A DNA stretch of 63,228 nt, filler included, from Octopus bimaculoides (Eukaryota), in NCBI RefSeq assembly GCF_001194135.2. It is 3 parts of 3 records of this genome, joined end to end, with 100 filler letters (N's around TTAATTAATTAA, not from the genome) between each part and the next. Parts side by side here need not be neighbours in the genome. Positions count along the whole stretch, not along the records: positions 1 to 28,829 come from NC_068999.1; 2 more parts are not named here. One strand, 5' to 3'. Under the pieces are notes generated by a model. It searched no databases, was not told the origin of the DNA, and saw only the letters and a program-made list of their open reading frames with translations. The position numbers and the translations under genes were made by a program. Shown one piece after another: positions 1 to 13,583 of this stretch. The stretch's first letter is position 1. The number at the start of each line of letters is the position of its first letter.

Positions 1-2035
1 TTCCAACTTCCTATCCCTGACAAAATCGCAGACTACAGCATACACGTGATCATAAAAACACAGTGGGATGGTGAAATTTGCTCGAGAATGCTTTAATGTT
101 AACTTCACTCGTGTATATTTCAATGTTTTGACTGTTATTTCTAGCAATGTTTTGACATGTCGATGCCCACTTTCCTCATGATGGAAGAGGCAGTGAACGC
201 ACTGTTTTCTAATTGGCTGAAAATTCTGAAAAACCATCAAACTTTGAACACCTGCAACATTTTTTCAAAATTTTTTCTGGAATAAATGAATAACAAATTC
301 GGATTCAGCATCAAAAATTACATTTATATGATATATAAAAAAAATATTTTAAAGTTAATTGTAAACAGTGACGAAAACCACAAAAAACCGGTTCGGCGGG
401 GGTAGTTTTGACTGAGGAGACAGAATAACACCGAAACACCACAATATCGCAAAGTCACTTAACACCAGTATGTCACATGTTATGAACAAACATTGTCTAA
501 AGAGAGCAGATATTCTCCGACGCCGAAAAAACAACAGCTATCAGATATTCACATTTGAATCCGCCAGAACGTATTGAAAGTGAATAGTTCCGTCATTGTC
601 GGGATACTCGTTGCTCTGCGTGTACCTTATGACTTATCTTTACGATAATTATTCCTGAATCCTTAATATTTTTCTTGCTGGATCGTCTCCCCTTACTGTT
701 GTCTTTCAAAATCTGTAGCGACGTAGTCCATAGTGTTAGCATTGTACAGTATTGTTACAAGGTGCTGGCATGACCGAAGGTTTTGGCTTCGTCGCATTCA
801 CGTGGAAGCTGTTAGATCAACTCTACTGTCATTCAAAGGATCGGCCATATTCTACAGAGTATTATGCAGAGGTTGATATTACGGGTACAAGACAAAGCGG
901 TGAGCTAGAAGAATCGTTTGTAAGCCGAACAAAATGCTAAGCGGCATTTCGTCCGTCCTTACTTTGAGCATGTAGTTAACTGNNNNNNNNNNNNNNNNNN
1001 NNNNNNNNNNNNNNNNNNNNNNNNNNNNNNNNNNNNNNNNNNNNNNNNNNNNNNNNNNNNNNNNNNNNNNNNNNNNNNNNNNNNNNNNNNNNNNNNNNNN
1101 NNNNNNNNNNNNNNNNNNNNNNNNNNNNNNNNNNNNNNNNNNNNNNNNNNNNNNNNNNNNNNNNNNNNNNNNNNNNNNNNNNNNNNNNNNNNNNNNNNNN
1201 NNNNNNNNNNNNNNNNNNNNNNNNNNNNNNNNNNNNNNNNNNNNNNNNNNNNNNNNNNNNNNNNNNNNNNNNNNNNNNNNNNNNNNNNNNNNNNNNNNNN
1301 NNNNNNNNNNNNNNNNNNNNNNNNNNNNNNNNNNNNNNNNNNNNNNNNNNNNNNNNNNNNNNNNNNNNNNNNNNNNNNNNNNNNNNNNNNNNNNNNNNNN
1401 NNNNNNNNNNNNNNNNNNNNNNNNNNNNNNNNNNNNNNNNNNNNNNNNNNNNNNNNNNNNNNNNNNNNNNNNNNNNNNNNNNNNNNNNNNNNNNNNNNNN
1501 NNNNNNNNNNNNNNNNNNNNNNNNNNNNNNNNNNNNNNNNNNNNNNNNNNNNNNNNNNNNNNNNNNNNNNNNNNNNNNNNNNNNNNNNNNNNNNNNNNNN
1601 NNNNNNNNNNNNNNNNNNNNNNNNNNNNNNNNNNNNNNNNNNNNNNNNNNNNNNNNNNNNNNNNNNNNNNNNNNNNNNNNNNNNNNNNNNNNNNNNNNNN
1701 NNNNNNNNNNNNNNNNNNNNNNNNNNNNNNNNNNNNNNNNNNNNNNNNNNNNNNNNNNNNNNNNNNNNNCTGGTGGTGGTACTGGTGGTGGTGATGTTGG
1801 TGGCGGTTGTGGTGGTGGTGATGGCGGTGGCGGTGATGGTGATGGTGGTGATGGAGGTGGTGGTGGTGGTAAGAGGAGTGTTGCTGATGGTGGGAATGGT
1901 GGTGGTTGTGGTGGGAATGGTGGTGGTCGTGGTGGGAATGGTGGTGGTTGTGGTGATATGGTAAGTGGTTGAGAATGTGGTGGTGCCGACTGCAATGTTA
2001 AGAGCGTCCGCCATTGATATTATTGGTATTGTTGT

Positions 2036-2181
2036 TATGAGTTCAAATTCCGCCGGGGTCCACTTTGCCTTTCATCCTTTCGAGGTCAACGGAATAAGTA
2101 CCACTTGGTCACTGGGGTCGATGTTATCGACCCCTAATCGAATTGCTGGTCTTGTGCCAAAATTTGAAACTATTATTATTA
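2036..2181 (+). mobile_element. Family-A SINE body and tail (matching head fragment at ~902-968)
   Basis: gagttcaaattccgcc...gcctttcatcctttcgaggtc...ttgtgccaaaatttgaaac(tat)n. Confidence 0.8.
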
Positions 2182-2199
2182 TTATTATGAAGATCAACT

Positions 2200-2716
2200 A
2201 ACCGGTCTGTTTCGGAGAACTTTCGGGCCTGGGCCTTTGGATAACTTCTAGAAACCCTTGCGTGGCAGTGCTACCGAGGGGTGCCGCCTGTTCAAGATGA
2301 ACTTTACAGGCACGGAAGTGCCGTCAGCCGGACCTGCCCGAGGGGCTCCCAGAACGATGAAACCGTTCTGAACCCCCTAATCCAGTGCCAGAGTATTGCT
2401 GACTTGTGGGTTTATGTCGAACACCTGCTGTCGCGTGTAGGACGGATCCGGCTATCAGCTGAATCCATTGCGAAGATTGCCCCGTCACCCTCTTTTGGCT
2501 GAGAGGGGCAATTTTTATTTGTCTAGTGGCTGTAGCGAAAGAAGTAGCATGGTGGACCCGTTTGAAAGGGCTAAAGACAGACACTTTCCTCTTTGGCCAA
2601 GCCCTCATCAACTTTCTCATTTGCCAAGTGTCTAATGAAAAATTAATGTATCTAATAAGGATATTTACACTTCAAAGACACATCGATGCACTTGAAAAAG
2701 AAGTTGAGGGTAGAAG
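2200..2716 (+). mobile_element. L1/Tx1-type LINE ORF2 C-terminal remnant (CCHC knuckle)
   Basis: Frames give TLAWQCYRG.PV.D.LYRHG...TCPRG..NDETVLNPLIQCQSIADLW (degenerate C-x2-C...H-x4-C), then VAVAKEVAWWTRLKG...ALINF...HLKKKLRVE. Interrupted by a ~73-bp insertion. Confidence 0.7.
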
Positions 2717-3459
2717 TCGATAAAACAAGTACCAGTTGAGCACGAGGATCGATGTAATCGACTTAAAGGCCAGTACGTTCGTGGGGGAGGGGAGGCAGGA
2801 AACTGGCAGAATTGTTAGCACGCCGGGCAGTTGAGTTCTTACCTAGGTACATGACCATCAGGGAATGGGGAACAATATTTAACACCAACGTATTTCATCT
2901 ACCTTAGAAAAATGACAAAAAAAAAAAAATGTTGAGGCACGCAAGGATTTGAACACGGAACATAAGGTCTTCGAGATATTGCTTTCACTTTTNNNNNNNN
3001 NNNNNNNNNNNNNNNNNNNNNNNNNNNNNNNNNNNNNNNNNNNNNNNNNNNNNNNNNNNNNNNNNNNNNNNNNNNNNNNNNNNNNNNNNNNNNNNNNNNN
3101 NNNNNNNNNNNNNNNNNNNNNNNNNNNNNNNNNNNNNNNNNNNNNNNNNNNNNNNNNNNNNNNNNNNNNNNNNNNNNNNNNNNNNNNNNNNNNNNNNNNN
3201 NNNNNNNNNNNNNNNNNNNNNNNNNNNNNNNNNNNNNNNNNNNNNNNNNNNNNNNNNNNNNNNNNNNNNNNNNNNNNNNNNNNNNNNNNNNNNNNNNNNN
3301 NNNNNNNNNNNNNNNNNNNNNNNNNNNNNNNNNNNNNNNNNNNNNNNNNNNNNNNNNNNNNNNNNNNNNNNNNNNNNNNNNNNNNNNNNNNNNNNNNNNN
3401 NNNNNNNNNNNNNNNNNNNNNNNNNNNNNNNNNNNNNNNNNNNNNNNNNNNNNNNNNNN

Positions 3460-3836
3460 TTCGACTCCAGAATTCAACTGGTCATTATTTTATCGACCCT
3501 GAAAAGATAGAAGGCAAGGTCAATCTCGGCGGAATTTGAACTCAGAACATAAAGACAGACAAAATGCTGCTTAACATTTTGCACGGCGTGCTAACGATTC
3601 TGCCAGTTCGCCACCTAAATAATAATAATAATAATCCTTTCTACTAAAGGCACATGGCTTGAAATTGTCTTGGGTGGGGGGACCAGTCGATTACGTTGAT
3701 CCCAGTGTTTCACTGGTACTTAATGTATCGACTCCGAAAAGGATGAAAAGCAAAGTTGACCTCGGCGGAATTTGAGCTCAGAACGTAGCGACGTATTTTG
3801 CCCGGCGTGCTAACCATTCTGCCAGATCGCAACCTA

Positions 3837-3895
<59 letters not shown>

Positions 3896-3916
3896 GTTTG
3901 AAATTTTGGCAAAAAG
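3460..3916 (-). mobile_element. Head-to-tail stack of family-A SINEs joined by (TTA)n tails
   Basis: Copies at 3460-3615 and 3634-3834, plus a tail remnant at 3894-3916, all with the family-A motifs. Confidence 0.8.
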
Positions 3917-3940
3917 TAAAAGATGTGTGTGCGTGCGTGC

Positions 3941-4140
3941 GTGGCCTAGTCGTTAGGCAACGCATGCTGGACTCAGAATCATGAGAACGTGGTTTCGATT
4001 CCCAGACAGTTGATGCGTTGTGTTCTTGAGCAAAACACTTCATTTCACGTTGCTCCACTCCACTCAGGAGAATGTTGGCCAGCCTGCCTAACCAGAAGGC
4101 TGGCATCATTCGAAAGCGGCAACGATTCCGTGACATATGG
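3941..4140 (+). mobile_element. tRNA-headed SINE fragment
   Basis: gtggcctagtcgttagg...ggtttcgattcccagac...gcgttgtgttcttgagcaaaacacttcatttcacgttgctcca. Confidence 0.7.
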
Positions 4141-5379
4141 AGGCGTATGCATGCGCGCGCGCGCGTGTGTGTGCGTATGTGTGTGTTTCCCCTTCGTCAT
4201 GCTTTTGTTAATCCATGATTGTGTCTTTAGCAAAACTTGTGAGAAATATTTTTTCTATATAAAATATGAAAATATACAACCTACATGAAATGCGTATATG
4301 GACGTTAACGAACCGATTGTACACGCCCTCCCACCCACTTACATGCATGCGTAGTCTACGCGCGGTTTCTTGTTCAAATTTCAGTTCGTTGATCGAATGG
4401 ACTCCCTCTAAGTTATATGCTTGTGTAAGTCAAGTCGTTGTTCGTTGGTCAAATTTCAGCTTGTAATGGCGCATTCAATTTTCTCCAGAAAAGCTATTCG
4501 TTATTCAGTTTGTTAGTTGAGAGAACCGCTCATATACATAATTTTTGATTCTGATATGTTCATGATATATTTCAAATTCTAAAGGCAAATTCACTGCAGA
4601 GACCGTGGAGAAAATAATTCTATCTTAGAAATTGAAATGTCACAAACATATGTTAACTAACCTTAAGTTCGCTTACGCCTAAACACTAAAATTATGGGTC
4701 GCTAAAATAGAATATTTTGGACGAATCTCGTCTGGCCCTTCATTATTTCTCAATCCAAATCCGACAAAGATGTCTGCTGTTTTCGATAATTCTTCAGTGA
4801 CAAGCAGATTAACTCCCGGTAATACACCAGGAGTAAAAAGAAGTGATTTAATTAACTACAACCTTCTTTAAAACATTTGCCAAGTGTCTAATGAAAACAA
4901 ATTAATATATCTAATAAGGATATTTACACTTCAAAGACACATCGATGCAGTTCTTGCACCACTCACAGAACAATCACGCAAACGTATTAATTCTTGCAAA
5001 GACTAGATTCGTAATAACGTGTCTGTATAGATATAGGAAAGCGTTTATATATTAATGAATTATGTATGGTGTGTATGAATTATGTATGTGAATGTAACTA
5101 AATTATTTGTAATCTATTTGTGACGTATGGACTTCTAAATTTTATGAATATATTAATACATCCATGAATAGATACACCCGCCTGCTTATCTATGTGTATT
5201 AGAGTGTCAGTAATGCTTAAACATGACATTTATGTTGAATTCATTGAATTAAATTACCAAAATTATAGGATATAACACGCATGAGTTGAGGCAATAATTT
5301 GATGGTATCGCACGAAGTTCTTATACTACTTTGCAACGGACATGTTTCCTGTGTATTTATGTGATGGGGTAGCAACGGA

Positions 5380-5475
5380 GACAGCCAACCAGCTAACCTG
5401 CCAGCAAGCCAGCCGACCAGCCGGCCAACCAGCCAACCAGCCAACCAGCCAACCAGCCAACCGGCCAACCAGCCA
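5380..5475. repeat. (AGCCAACC)n-type 8-bp tandem repeat
   Basis: About 11 imperfect units visible. Confidence 0.9.
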
Positions 5476-5544
5476 GGTATAAAAGATTCTATTTAAGCAA
5501 TGGTTGACTAGAATACGTTCGAAGCGTTGTTACGTTACAGATCA

Positions 5545-5580
<36 letters not shown>

Positions 5581-6101
5581 GCACACACACACACACAAGC
5601 ACAAATACACATACGCATACATTCACATACACTCACACACGCACGCACTCACACAAGCATACACGCACAAATACGCATATACGCATACATACTCACGTTC
5701 AATCACGCAATCACNNNNNNNNNNNNNNNNNNNNNNNNNNNNNNNNNNNNNNNNNNNNNNNNNNNNNNNNNNNNNNNNNNNNNNNNNNNNNNNNNNNNNN
5801 NNNNNNNNNNNNNNNNNNNNNNNNNNNNNNNNNNNNNNNNNNNNNNNNNNNNNNNNNNNNNNNNNNNNNNNNNNNNNNNNNNNNNNNNNNNNNNNNNNNN
5901 NNNNNNNNNNNNNNNNNNNNNNNNNNNNNNNNNNNNNNNNNNNNNNNNNNNNNNNNNNNNNNNNNNNNNNNNNNNNNNNNNNNNNNNNNNNNNNNNNNNN
6001 NNNNNNNNNNNNNNNNNNNNNNNNNNNNNNNNNNNNNNNNNNNNNNNNNNNNNNNNNNNNNNNNNNNNNNNNNNNNNNNNNNNNNNNNNNNNNACCCACA
6101 C

Positions 6102-6138
<37 letters not shown>

Positions 6139-6788
6139 ACACACATTGCAGACACTCACCATACACATATACGCACATATAAACACACACATGCACCCCC
6201 TCCACATACACACCCAAAATTACCGTCCCGTTCCGACATAACTATTATATTTTCGCAGTTAAGAATCCAAAATATTCTCTTAATTTCAGAGCAAGAAAGC
6301 CGGTATCAGATGAAGAATTTATCGCTATTTCACACCTCAGAAGCTAATATTACGCTGGTCATTGGTCATCTTAATATCACGCTGGTCATTGGTTATCTTA
6401 GTTCTGTAACTGCTTCAGTAGAATTGAAACGGTCGGATGGCTAAGGTATTGCGTTTTGAATCGTGAATTCAAATCGACTGCACAATTTTGTAATGTTGCT
6501 TAGGAATGAGTTAAATTCATTCCGAAGTTTATACCTTGTCCGTCTGGAATATATTCCAAGCTTTTTGAGGAAAAACCAATAAAGGACGTCTCTCGGTTGA
6601 CTCTAGATTCCAGCGGTTTCGGTGCAAACCGTTTCTTCATATTTTACTAAGACGTCTTCAGTCTTTATAAATGCGTGAGGTTTCATTACTATGTAATAGA
6701 CAGACATACACACACATGCACATATATATCCATATCCATATCTATATATATATCTATATCTATACGTGTGTGTGTTATTCATATTTTT

Positions 6789-6900
6789 GGGGAGAGGGCT
6801 GGGGGGGGGCAATCGATTACATCGATCCCCAGTACGCAACTGGTACTTAATTTATCGATCCTGAAAGGAAGAAAGGCAAAGTCGACTTCGGCGGAATTCG
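6789..6900 (-). mobile_element. Family-A SINE, cut by a gap
   Basis: gattacatcgatccccagtacgcaactggtacttaatttatcgatcc...aaaggcaaagtcgacttcggcggaattcg. Confidence 0.75.
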
Positions 6901-7919
6901 ANNNNNNNNNNNNNNNNNNNNNNNNNNNNNNNNNNNNNNNNNNNNNNNNNNNNNNNNNNNNNNNNNNNNNNNNNNNNNNNNNNNNNNNNNNNNNNNNNNN
7001 NNNNNNNNNNNNNNNNNNNNNNNNNNNNNNNNNNNNNNNNNNNNNNNNNNNNNNNNNNNNNNNNNNNNNNNNNNNNNNNNNNNNNNNNNNNNNNNNNNNN
7101 NNNNNNNNNNNNNNNNNNNNNNNNNNNNNNNNNNNNNNNNNNNNNNNNNNNNNNNNNNNNNNNNNNNNNNNNNNNNNNNNNNNNNNNNNNNNNNNNNNNN
7201 NNNNNNNNNNNNNNNNNNNNNNNNNNNNNNNNNNNNNNNNNNNNNNNNNNNNNNNNNNNNNNNNNNNNNNNNNNNNNNNNNNNNNNNNNNNNNNNNNNNN
7301 NNNNNNNNNNNNNNNNNNNNNNNNNNNNNNNNNNNNNNNNNNNNNNNNNNNNNNNNNNNNNNNNNNNNNNNNNNNNNNNNNNNNNNNNNNNNNNNNNNNN
7401 NNNNNNNNNNNNNNNNNNNNNNNNNNNNNNNNNNNNNNNNNNNNNNNNNNNNNNNNNNNNNNNNNNNNNNNNNNNNNNNNNNNNNNNNNNNNNNNNNNNN
7501 NNNNNNNNNNNNNNNNNNNNNNNNNNNNNNNNNNNNNNNNNNNNNNNNNNNNNNNNNNNNNNNNTATATATATATGTATATGTGTGTATGTATCTGTGTG
7601 CGTGGGGTGAGGGGCGGTGAGTGTGTGTATGTTTGTATGTATATTAAAAATTGTCTAACGTCGCAATTTCCCCGCGTCGTCGCTGCGTTCATTATTTCCT
7701 ATGCCGACCTCCCGCCCCTTTCGTTCATTATTTATTTATATTATGAATTCTTTTCACTTTGTTGGTAAGAAAAAGTTAATGAAGCATTCAACTACAAACA
7801 AATGCTGATTCATAAAAGTGCAAAATCGTTGCACTTCATTTGTGTTTATCAAGGAATGTTTAAGTGTGAAAAAAAAATCAAAAAGCAGCTACAAAAATAA
7901 ACAATAACAAACAACAAAC

Positions 7920-8199
7920 ACAGGCACACATAAACAAACACGCAATACACACACACACACACACACACACGCATATATATATATATATATATATACGTAC
8001 TTACATACATACATGCATACAAATGTACATGCATACACACGCATACATGCATGCATGCATACACACATATACATATACGTACATATATATATATATATAT
8101 ATATATGAACTTAGATAAACAAATAGGAAGATAAACTGACAGATAGACAGACAAACAGACACTGACAGACAAACAGACAGACAGACAGAAAGAAAGATC

Positions 8200-8241
<42 letters not shown>

Positions 8242-8347
8242 CAGACATACAGACGGATAGAAAGATAGATAGTTAGATTGATAGATAGATAAATAAATAG
8301 ATACATAAATAGATGGATAAATTGACGGATAGACAGAGACAGACAGA

Positions 8348-8396
<49 letters not shown>

Positions 8397-8455
8397 TGGT
8401 AGATAGATATATTAATAAATAGAGAGATAGATAGATAGACAGACAGATAGATACT
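7920..8455. repeat. Compound (CA)n/(TA)n/(GATA)n/(GACA)n microsatellite field
   Basis: Directly visible. Confidence 0.95.
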
Positions 8456-8927
8456 TCCGAGTGGTATCTTTCGAAGCGTTGGCCAGTGAAAAACAGCATT
8501 ATACTTGCATTATATAATTGCTATTCTCTCTATTGTAGTAGCTGGTTCAGGAAACGAGTGTCATGTTCGGTTTGGAGAAACGTAGCCTGTCCAGGATTAT
8601 AATGATATTTTCACACGTTTGTCTGGTGTGATTTCTTTTTAGATTTCCTGTGTTCCGTTTCAAAACTTTAAAAATGTTATCTCCTTGTTAAATAATGCCG
8701 CATATTAGGTATGTCAGAATGGCGTTCAAAACAAATCTTTCCATTCCTTTTCTCTATCTCTATGCCGTATCTAACAAATGTTTGCACACTAACAAAGACG
8801 TTATGCTATAGACGTTGAGTTATAAAAAGTCTGAGCTGGTCCCTAACTGTCGACATCAGAACCGATACATATTGAGTCCCTACAAATTATAGAGAAGCTC
8901 AACTCGTGGACACCAGCAAAAATTATG

Positions 8928-9072
<145 letters not shown>

Positions 9073-9899
9073 GNNNNNNNNNNNNNNNNNNNNNNNNNNN
9101 NNNNNNNNNNNNNNNNNNNNNNNNNNNNNNNNNNNNNNNNNNNNNNNNNNNNNNNNNNNNNNNNNNNNNNNNNNNNNNNNNNNNNNNNNNNNNNNNNNNN
9201 NNNNNNNNNNNNNNNNNNNNNNNNNNNNNNNNNNNNNNNNNNNNNNNNNNNNNNNNNNNNNNNNNNNNNNNNNNNNNNNNNNNNNNNNNNNNNNNNNNNN
9301 NNNNNNNNNNNNNNNNNNNNNNNNNNNNNNNNNNNNNNNNNNNNNNNNNNNNNNNNNNNNNNNNNNNNNNNNNNNNNNNNNNNNNNNNNNNNNNNNNNNN
9401 NNNNNNNNNNNNNNNNNNNNNNNNNNNNNNNNNNNNNNNNNNNNNNNNNNNNNNNNNNNNNNNNNNNNNNNNNNNNNNNNNNNNNNNNNNNNNNNNNNNN
9501 NNNNNNNNNNNNNNNNNNNNNNNNNNNNNNNNNNNNNNNNNNNNNNNNNNNNNNNNNNNNNNNNNNNNNNNNNNNNNNNNNNNNNNNNNNNNNNNNNNNN
9601 NNNNNNNNNNNNNNNNNNNNNNNNNNNNNNNNNNNNNNNNNNNNNNNNNNNNNNNNNNNNNNNNNNNNNNNNNNNNNNNNNNNNNNNNNNNNNNNNNNNN
9701 NNNNNNNNNNNNNNNNNNNNNNNNNNNNNNNNNNNNNNNNNNNNNNNNNNNNNNNNNNNNNNNNNNNNNNNNNNNNNNNNNNNNNNNNNNNNNNNNNNNN
9801 NNNNNNNNNNNNNNNNNNNNNNNNNNNNNNNNNNNNNNNNNNNNNNNNNNNNNNNNNNNNNNNNNNNNNNNNNNNNNNNNNNNNNNNNNNNNNNNNNNN

Positions 9900-9954
<55 letters not shown>

Positions 9955-10676
9955 GTGTGTGTGTGTGTGTGTGTGTGCGTGTGTGCGCGTGTGTGCGTGT
10001 GTTTGTGTATGTTTGTGCGCGTGTCTGCCTCTGTCTGTATCTGTGTGTACAGAAATAATATATATATATGTATACGTATGCATGTATATATATATGTGTG
10101 TGTGTGTGAGTGTGTGTTTATGTATGTATGTATATACATCTACATATATGTGTATATGTATGTATGTACGTTTTTATATACGGATATGTGTATGTGTGCG
10201 TATGACCACGTGCGAATATGTATGTATGCGTGTGTTTATCGGTGCATATTTCATCACATACACTTCCCCTTATTGTGATGTATCTTTTTATTATATTTCA
10301 CAGAGACTATATATACATATATTATATTATTCCATATTATATTTGTTATCATATTGTGTTATGTTAAACTATATTTTATTAAGCTGGTATATATTACGAT
10401 ATTTTACGTAGTATGTTTCTTTATATGTATTAGATGATATTAAGCGAATATACCATTTTTTTTTGGATACATGTGTCTGTGAGGATGGCAATAAGGATAT
10501 CAATATACATGAACGTACGTATTCATTATTTATAGATGGATATAATTCTATCTGTATTCATTCCGATTATGTGTTTATATATAAGTATGTATGTGTTTGT
10601 TTCCGAGTGGATGTACATACGTATCTGTGCGTGCGTAATAATGTAATAATGTGAATACGTGCGTGTGCATGCTTGC

Positions 10677-10713
<37 letters not shown>

Positions 10714-10789
10714 AATATAAATGAAACATAAGAAACAGACAGTGTTGGAACTCTTTTAAGCAAAATAATATATATATATATATATATAT

Positions 10790-11491
10790 ATGCATCCTGT
10801 AAAACTGAGGCCATTGTCTACTCTGCCGATAAAATGACCTTCCCCTTCTTTGGAGCAACGGAGGAAGGGCATTTCCATTGAATGGATTGTCTCTTCAATT
10901 CTGACTCAATGTGATGAAACCAACACTCAACCTGGCTTAGGAAACCTTCAAGGAGACCAACTGGATTTGCTTCAAACAATGTCAGATTTTCCCCGTGATG
11001 ACATCAGCCTGGTGCGCTTTTTATCAGGTGTCAGAAGACGTGGTACCAACCGAGCAGAAACCTTCGTCATGCCAAGTTCATTGTGCCGTATATTCTCAAC
11101 TATCTCACGGGATATGCTTATGGCGTTGCCTATTTGATTTGTAGACAATCGCTTGTCATCTATCAAAATGTGGTGAACACCAACAATGTTTTCCACGGTG
11201 GTGGCAGCTGCAGGACGTCTGCTCACTTTTCTACTCAACATGAACGACCTTGGGGATCAGCCCTTTTTCTACAGGTACTTGATAACACCGCGATGCAAAT
11301 TTTCTCCGCTTTCAAGAGAGGTCGCTACTAGTTACTTTTGAAATATTCTTTAAACGGTGAAATGTCATTTTACTCGGAAAAAAACAATGCAGTAATTAAT
11401 AAAAAATGTTGAAATTAATGTATGCGAGATCTCACAGCTCTAGCATCACTCATTCATAATCAACCTATGACATTTTTTGCCCACTTTCGTA
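10790..11491 (-). mobile_element. Mariner (Tc1/mariner) transposase remnant with left TIR
   Basis: GRP-like HTH region, KVSARLVPRLL (WVPRLL motif), then after a frameshift FLSQVECWFHH...KRQSIQWK..S.APKK. Terminal ...atgacattttttgcccactttcgTA resembles a TACGAGGG-type TIR with TA. 3' part lost at a (TA)n tract. Confidence 0.9.
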
Positions 11492-11593
11492 TACACGTAC
11501 ACAAAGGTATGTATCTATAACCTCTATATATATGTGGTTACCCCCTGTCTCTTTTTATCTACCCATCCCTCCCTCCATCCATCTATCTATCTA

Positions 11594-11636
<43 letters not shown>

Positions 11637-13014
11637 AGCCCACAAATACATATATGTATATATATATATATATATGTATATANNNNNNNNNNNNNNNNNN
11701 NNNNNNNNNNNNNNNNNNNNNNNNNNNNNNNNNNNNNNNNNNNNNNNNNNNNNNNNNNNNNNNNNNNNNNNNNNNNNNNNNNNNNNNNNNNNNNNNNNNN
11801 NNNNNNNNNNNNNNNNNNNNNNNNNNNNNNNNNNNNNNNNNNNNNNNNNNNNNNNNNNNNNNNNNNNNNNNNNNNNNNNNNNNNNNNNNNNNNNNNNNNN
11901 NNNNNNNNNNNNNNNNNNNNNNNNNNNNNNNNNNNNNNNNNNNNNNNNNNNNNNNNNNNNNNNNNNNNNNNNNNNNNNNNNNNNNNNNNNNNNNNNNNNN
12001 NNNNNNNNNNNNNNNNNNNNNNNNNNNNNNNNNNNNNNNNNNNNNNNNNNNNNNNTTATTATTATTATTATTATTATAAGTTAAATTATTTATTTATTCA
12101 TTTATTCATTCGTTCGTTTATTGATTTACATTCATGTATTCATGTTTTACTTCTTTCCTCCTCCCCCTCCCCCTCCTCCTCCTCCTCCTTCTTCTTCTTC
12201 TTCTTCATCATCATCATCATCATCATCATCACCATCCCCTTGTCTCGTTCTTTCTATATACAATACTGCCGCTGCTGCACAAGTCACTTCGCTTCTGTTT
12301 CAATGGCCGCCGCCCACATTCTTCTGCTTTCAATGACCGCGCCATCGTTTATCGTCTTTTGTCATAAATACTGTAATTTATATTCCAGTCTTCGGTTGCA
12401 GGAGGAGCAATGATACTTGCAATGACTCGGAGTTGTAACCGTGAGATTTCAACCTCATTTTCACTACTGAACGCTTTTCCTTATGTTTGGGAACACACAC
12501 ACACATGTATGTATATATATGTATATACATATACATATGCATGCCATGATGGTTGTATACACGAGCGATCCTTTTTTTCCCATTTTTATTCCCTGTTATT
12601 TTTCTTTTCTTCTCCTCCTTGTCTTCCAGAAGTTCGTTTGCTCAAAATATTAAAAAACTATTCTTTCTTTTGTTCCCATTTCCTGAGCGGTAACTCAATA
12701 CACGCCATGCTTGTTTACTGTCGAACATCGTCTTTTTGTTATGTTTCTTTGCACCACTCACACACACACATATACACACACAAACACACGCAATCTTACA
12801 TGCATGCATACATACATACATGGTGGTGGTGGTGGTGGTTGTCTACTCCTTATACAGAATCCGACCATCTCTTGTACTTACACATTAGATCTATCATGGC
12901 GTTTGATGCGGCTTTTAAAACCAGACAATTCTTTTTGAAAAGACATCCACAGATTGCATGTCTGCTGTGGACAACCAAGAGCTGCAGTTAAGTACTGATA
13001 TTTGTATGCATGTA

Positions 13015-13239
13015 TACTCTTTACTCTTTTACTCTTTTACTTGTTTCAGTCATTTGACTGCGGCCATGATGGAGCACCGCCTTCAGTCGAGAAAATCGAC
13101 CCCAGGACTTATTCTTTGGAAGCCTAGTACTTATTCTATCGGTCTCTTTTGCCGAACCGCTAAGTTACGGGGTCGTAAACACACCAGCATCGGTTGTCAA
13201 GCGATGCTGGGGGACAAACACAGATACACAAACATAAAC

Positions 13240-13302
<63 letters not shown>

Positions 13303-13583
13303 CGATGGGCTTCTTTCAGTNNNNNNNNNNNNNNNNNNNNNNNNNNNNNNNNNNNNNNNNNNNNNNNNNNNNNNNNNNNNNNNNNNNNNNNNNNNNNNNN
13401 NNNNNNNNNNNNNNNNNNNNNNNNNNNNNNNNTCAGTTTCCGTCTACCAAATCCACTTTACAAGGCTTTGGTCGATCCGAGGCTATAGTAGAAGACACTT
13501 GCCCAAGGTGTCACGCAGTGGGAATGAACCCGGAACCATGTGGTTGGTAAGCAAGCTACTTACCACACAGCCACTCCTACGCC
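13015..13583 (-). mobile_element. tRNA-derived SINE, family B, with internal (CA)n/(TA)n tract; spans a gap
   Basis: Reverse strand head agtggctgtgtggtaagtagcttgc...ggttccgggttcattcccactg, core caccttgggcaagtgtcttc, tail ...gcagtcaaatgactgaaacaagtaaaaga. Confidence 0.85.

Noticed and set aside
1-420. Possible DNA-transposon subterminal sequence
   Set aside because: Only a vague resemblance; no paired TIR or coding remnant within the window.
6611-6662. Hammerhead-like fragments on the minus strand (TGAAGA...GGT-ttgc-ACC-GAAAC)
   Set aside because: No C3, no valid NUH site and no stem I; too degraded to call.
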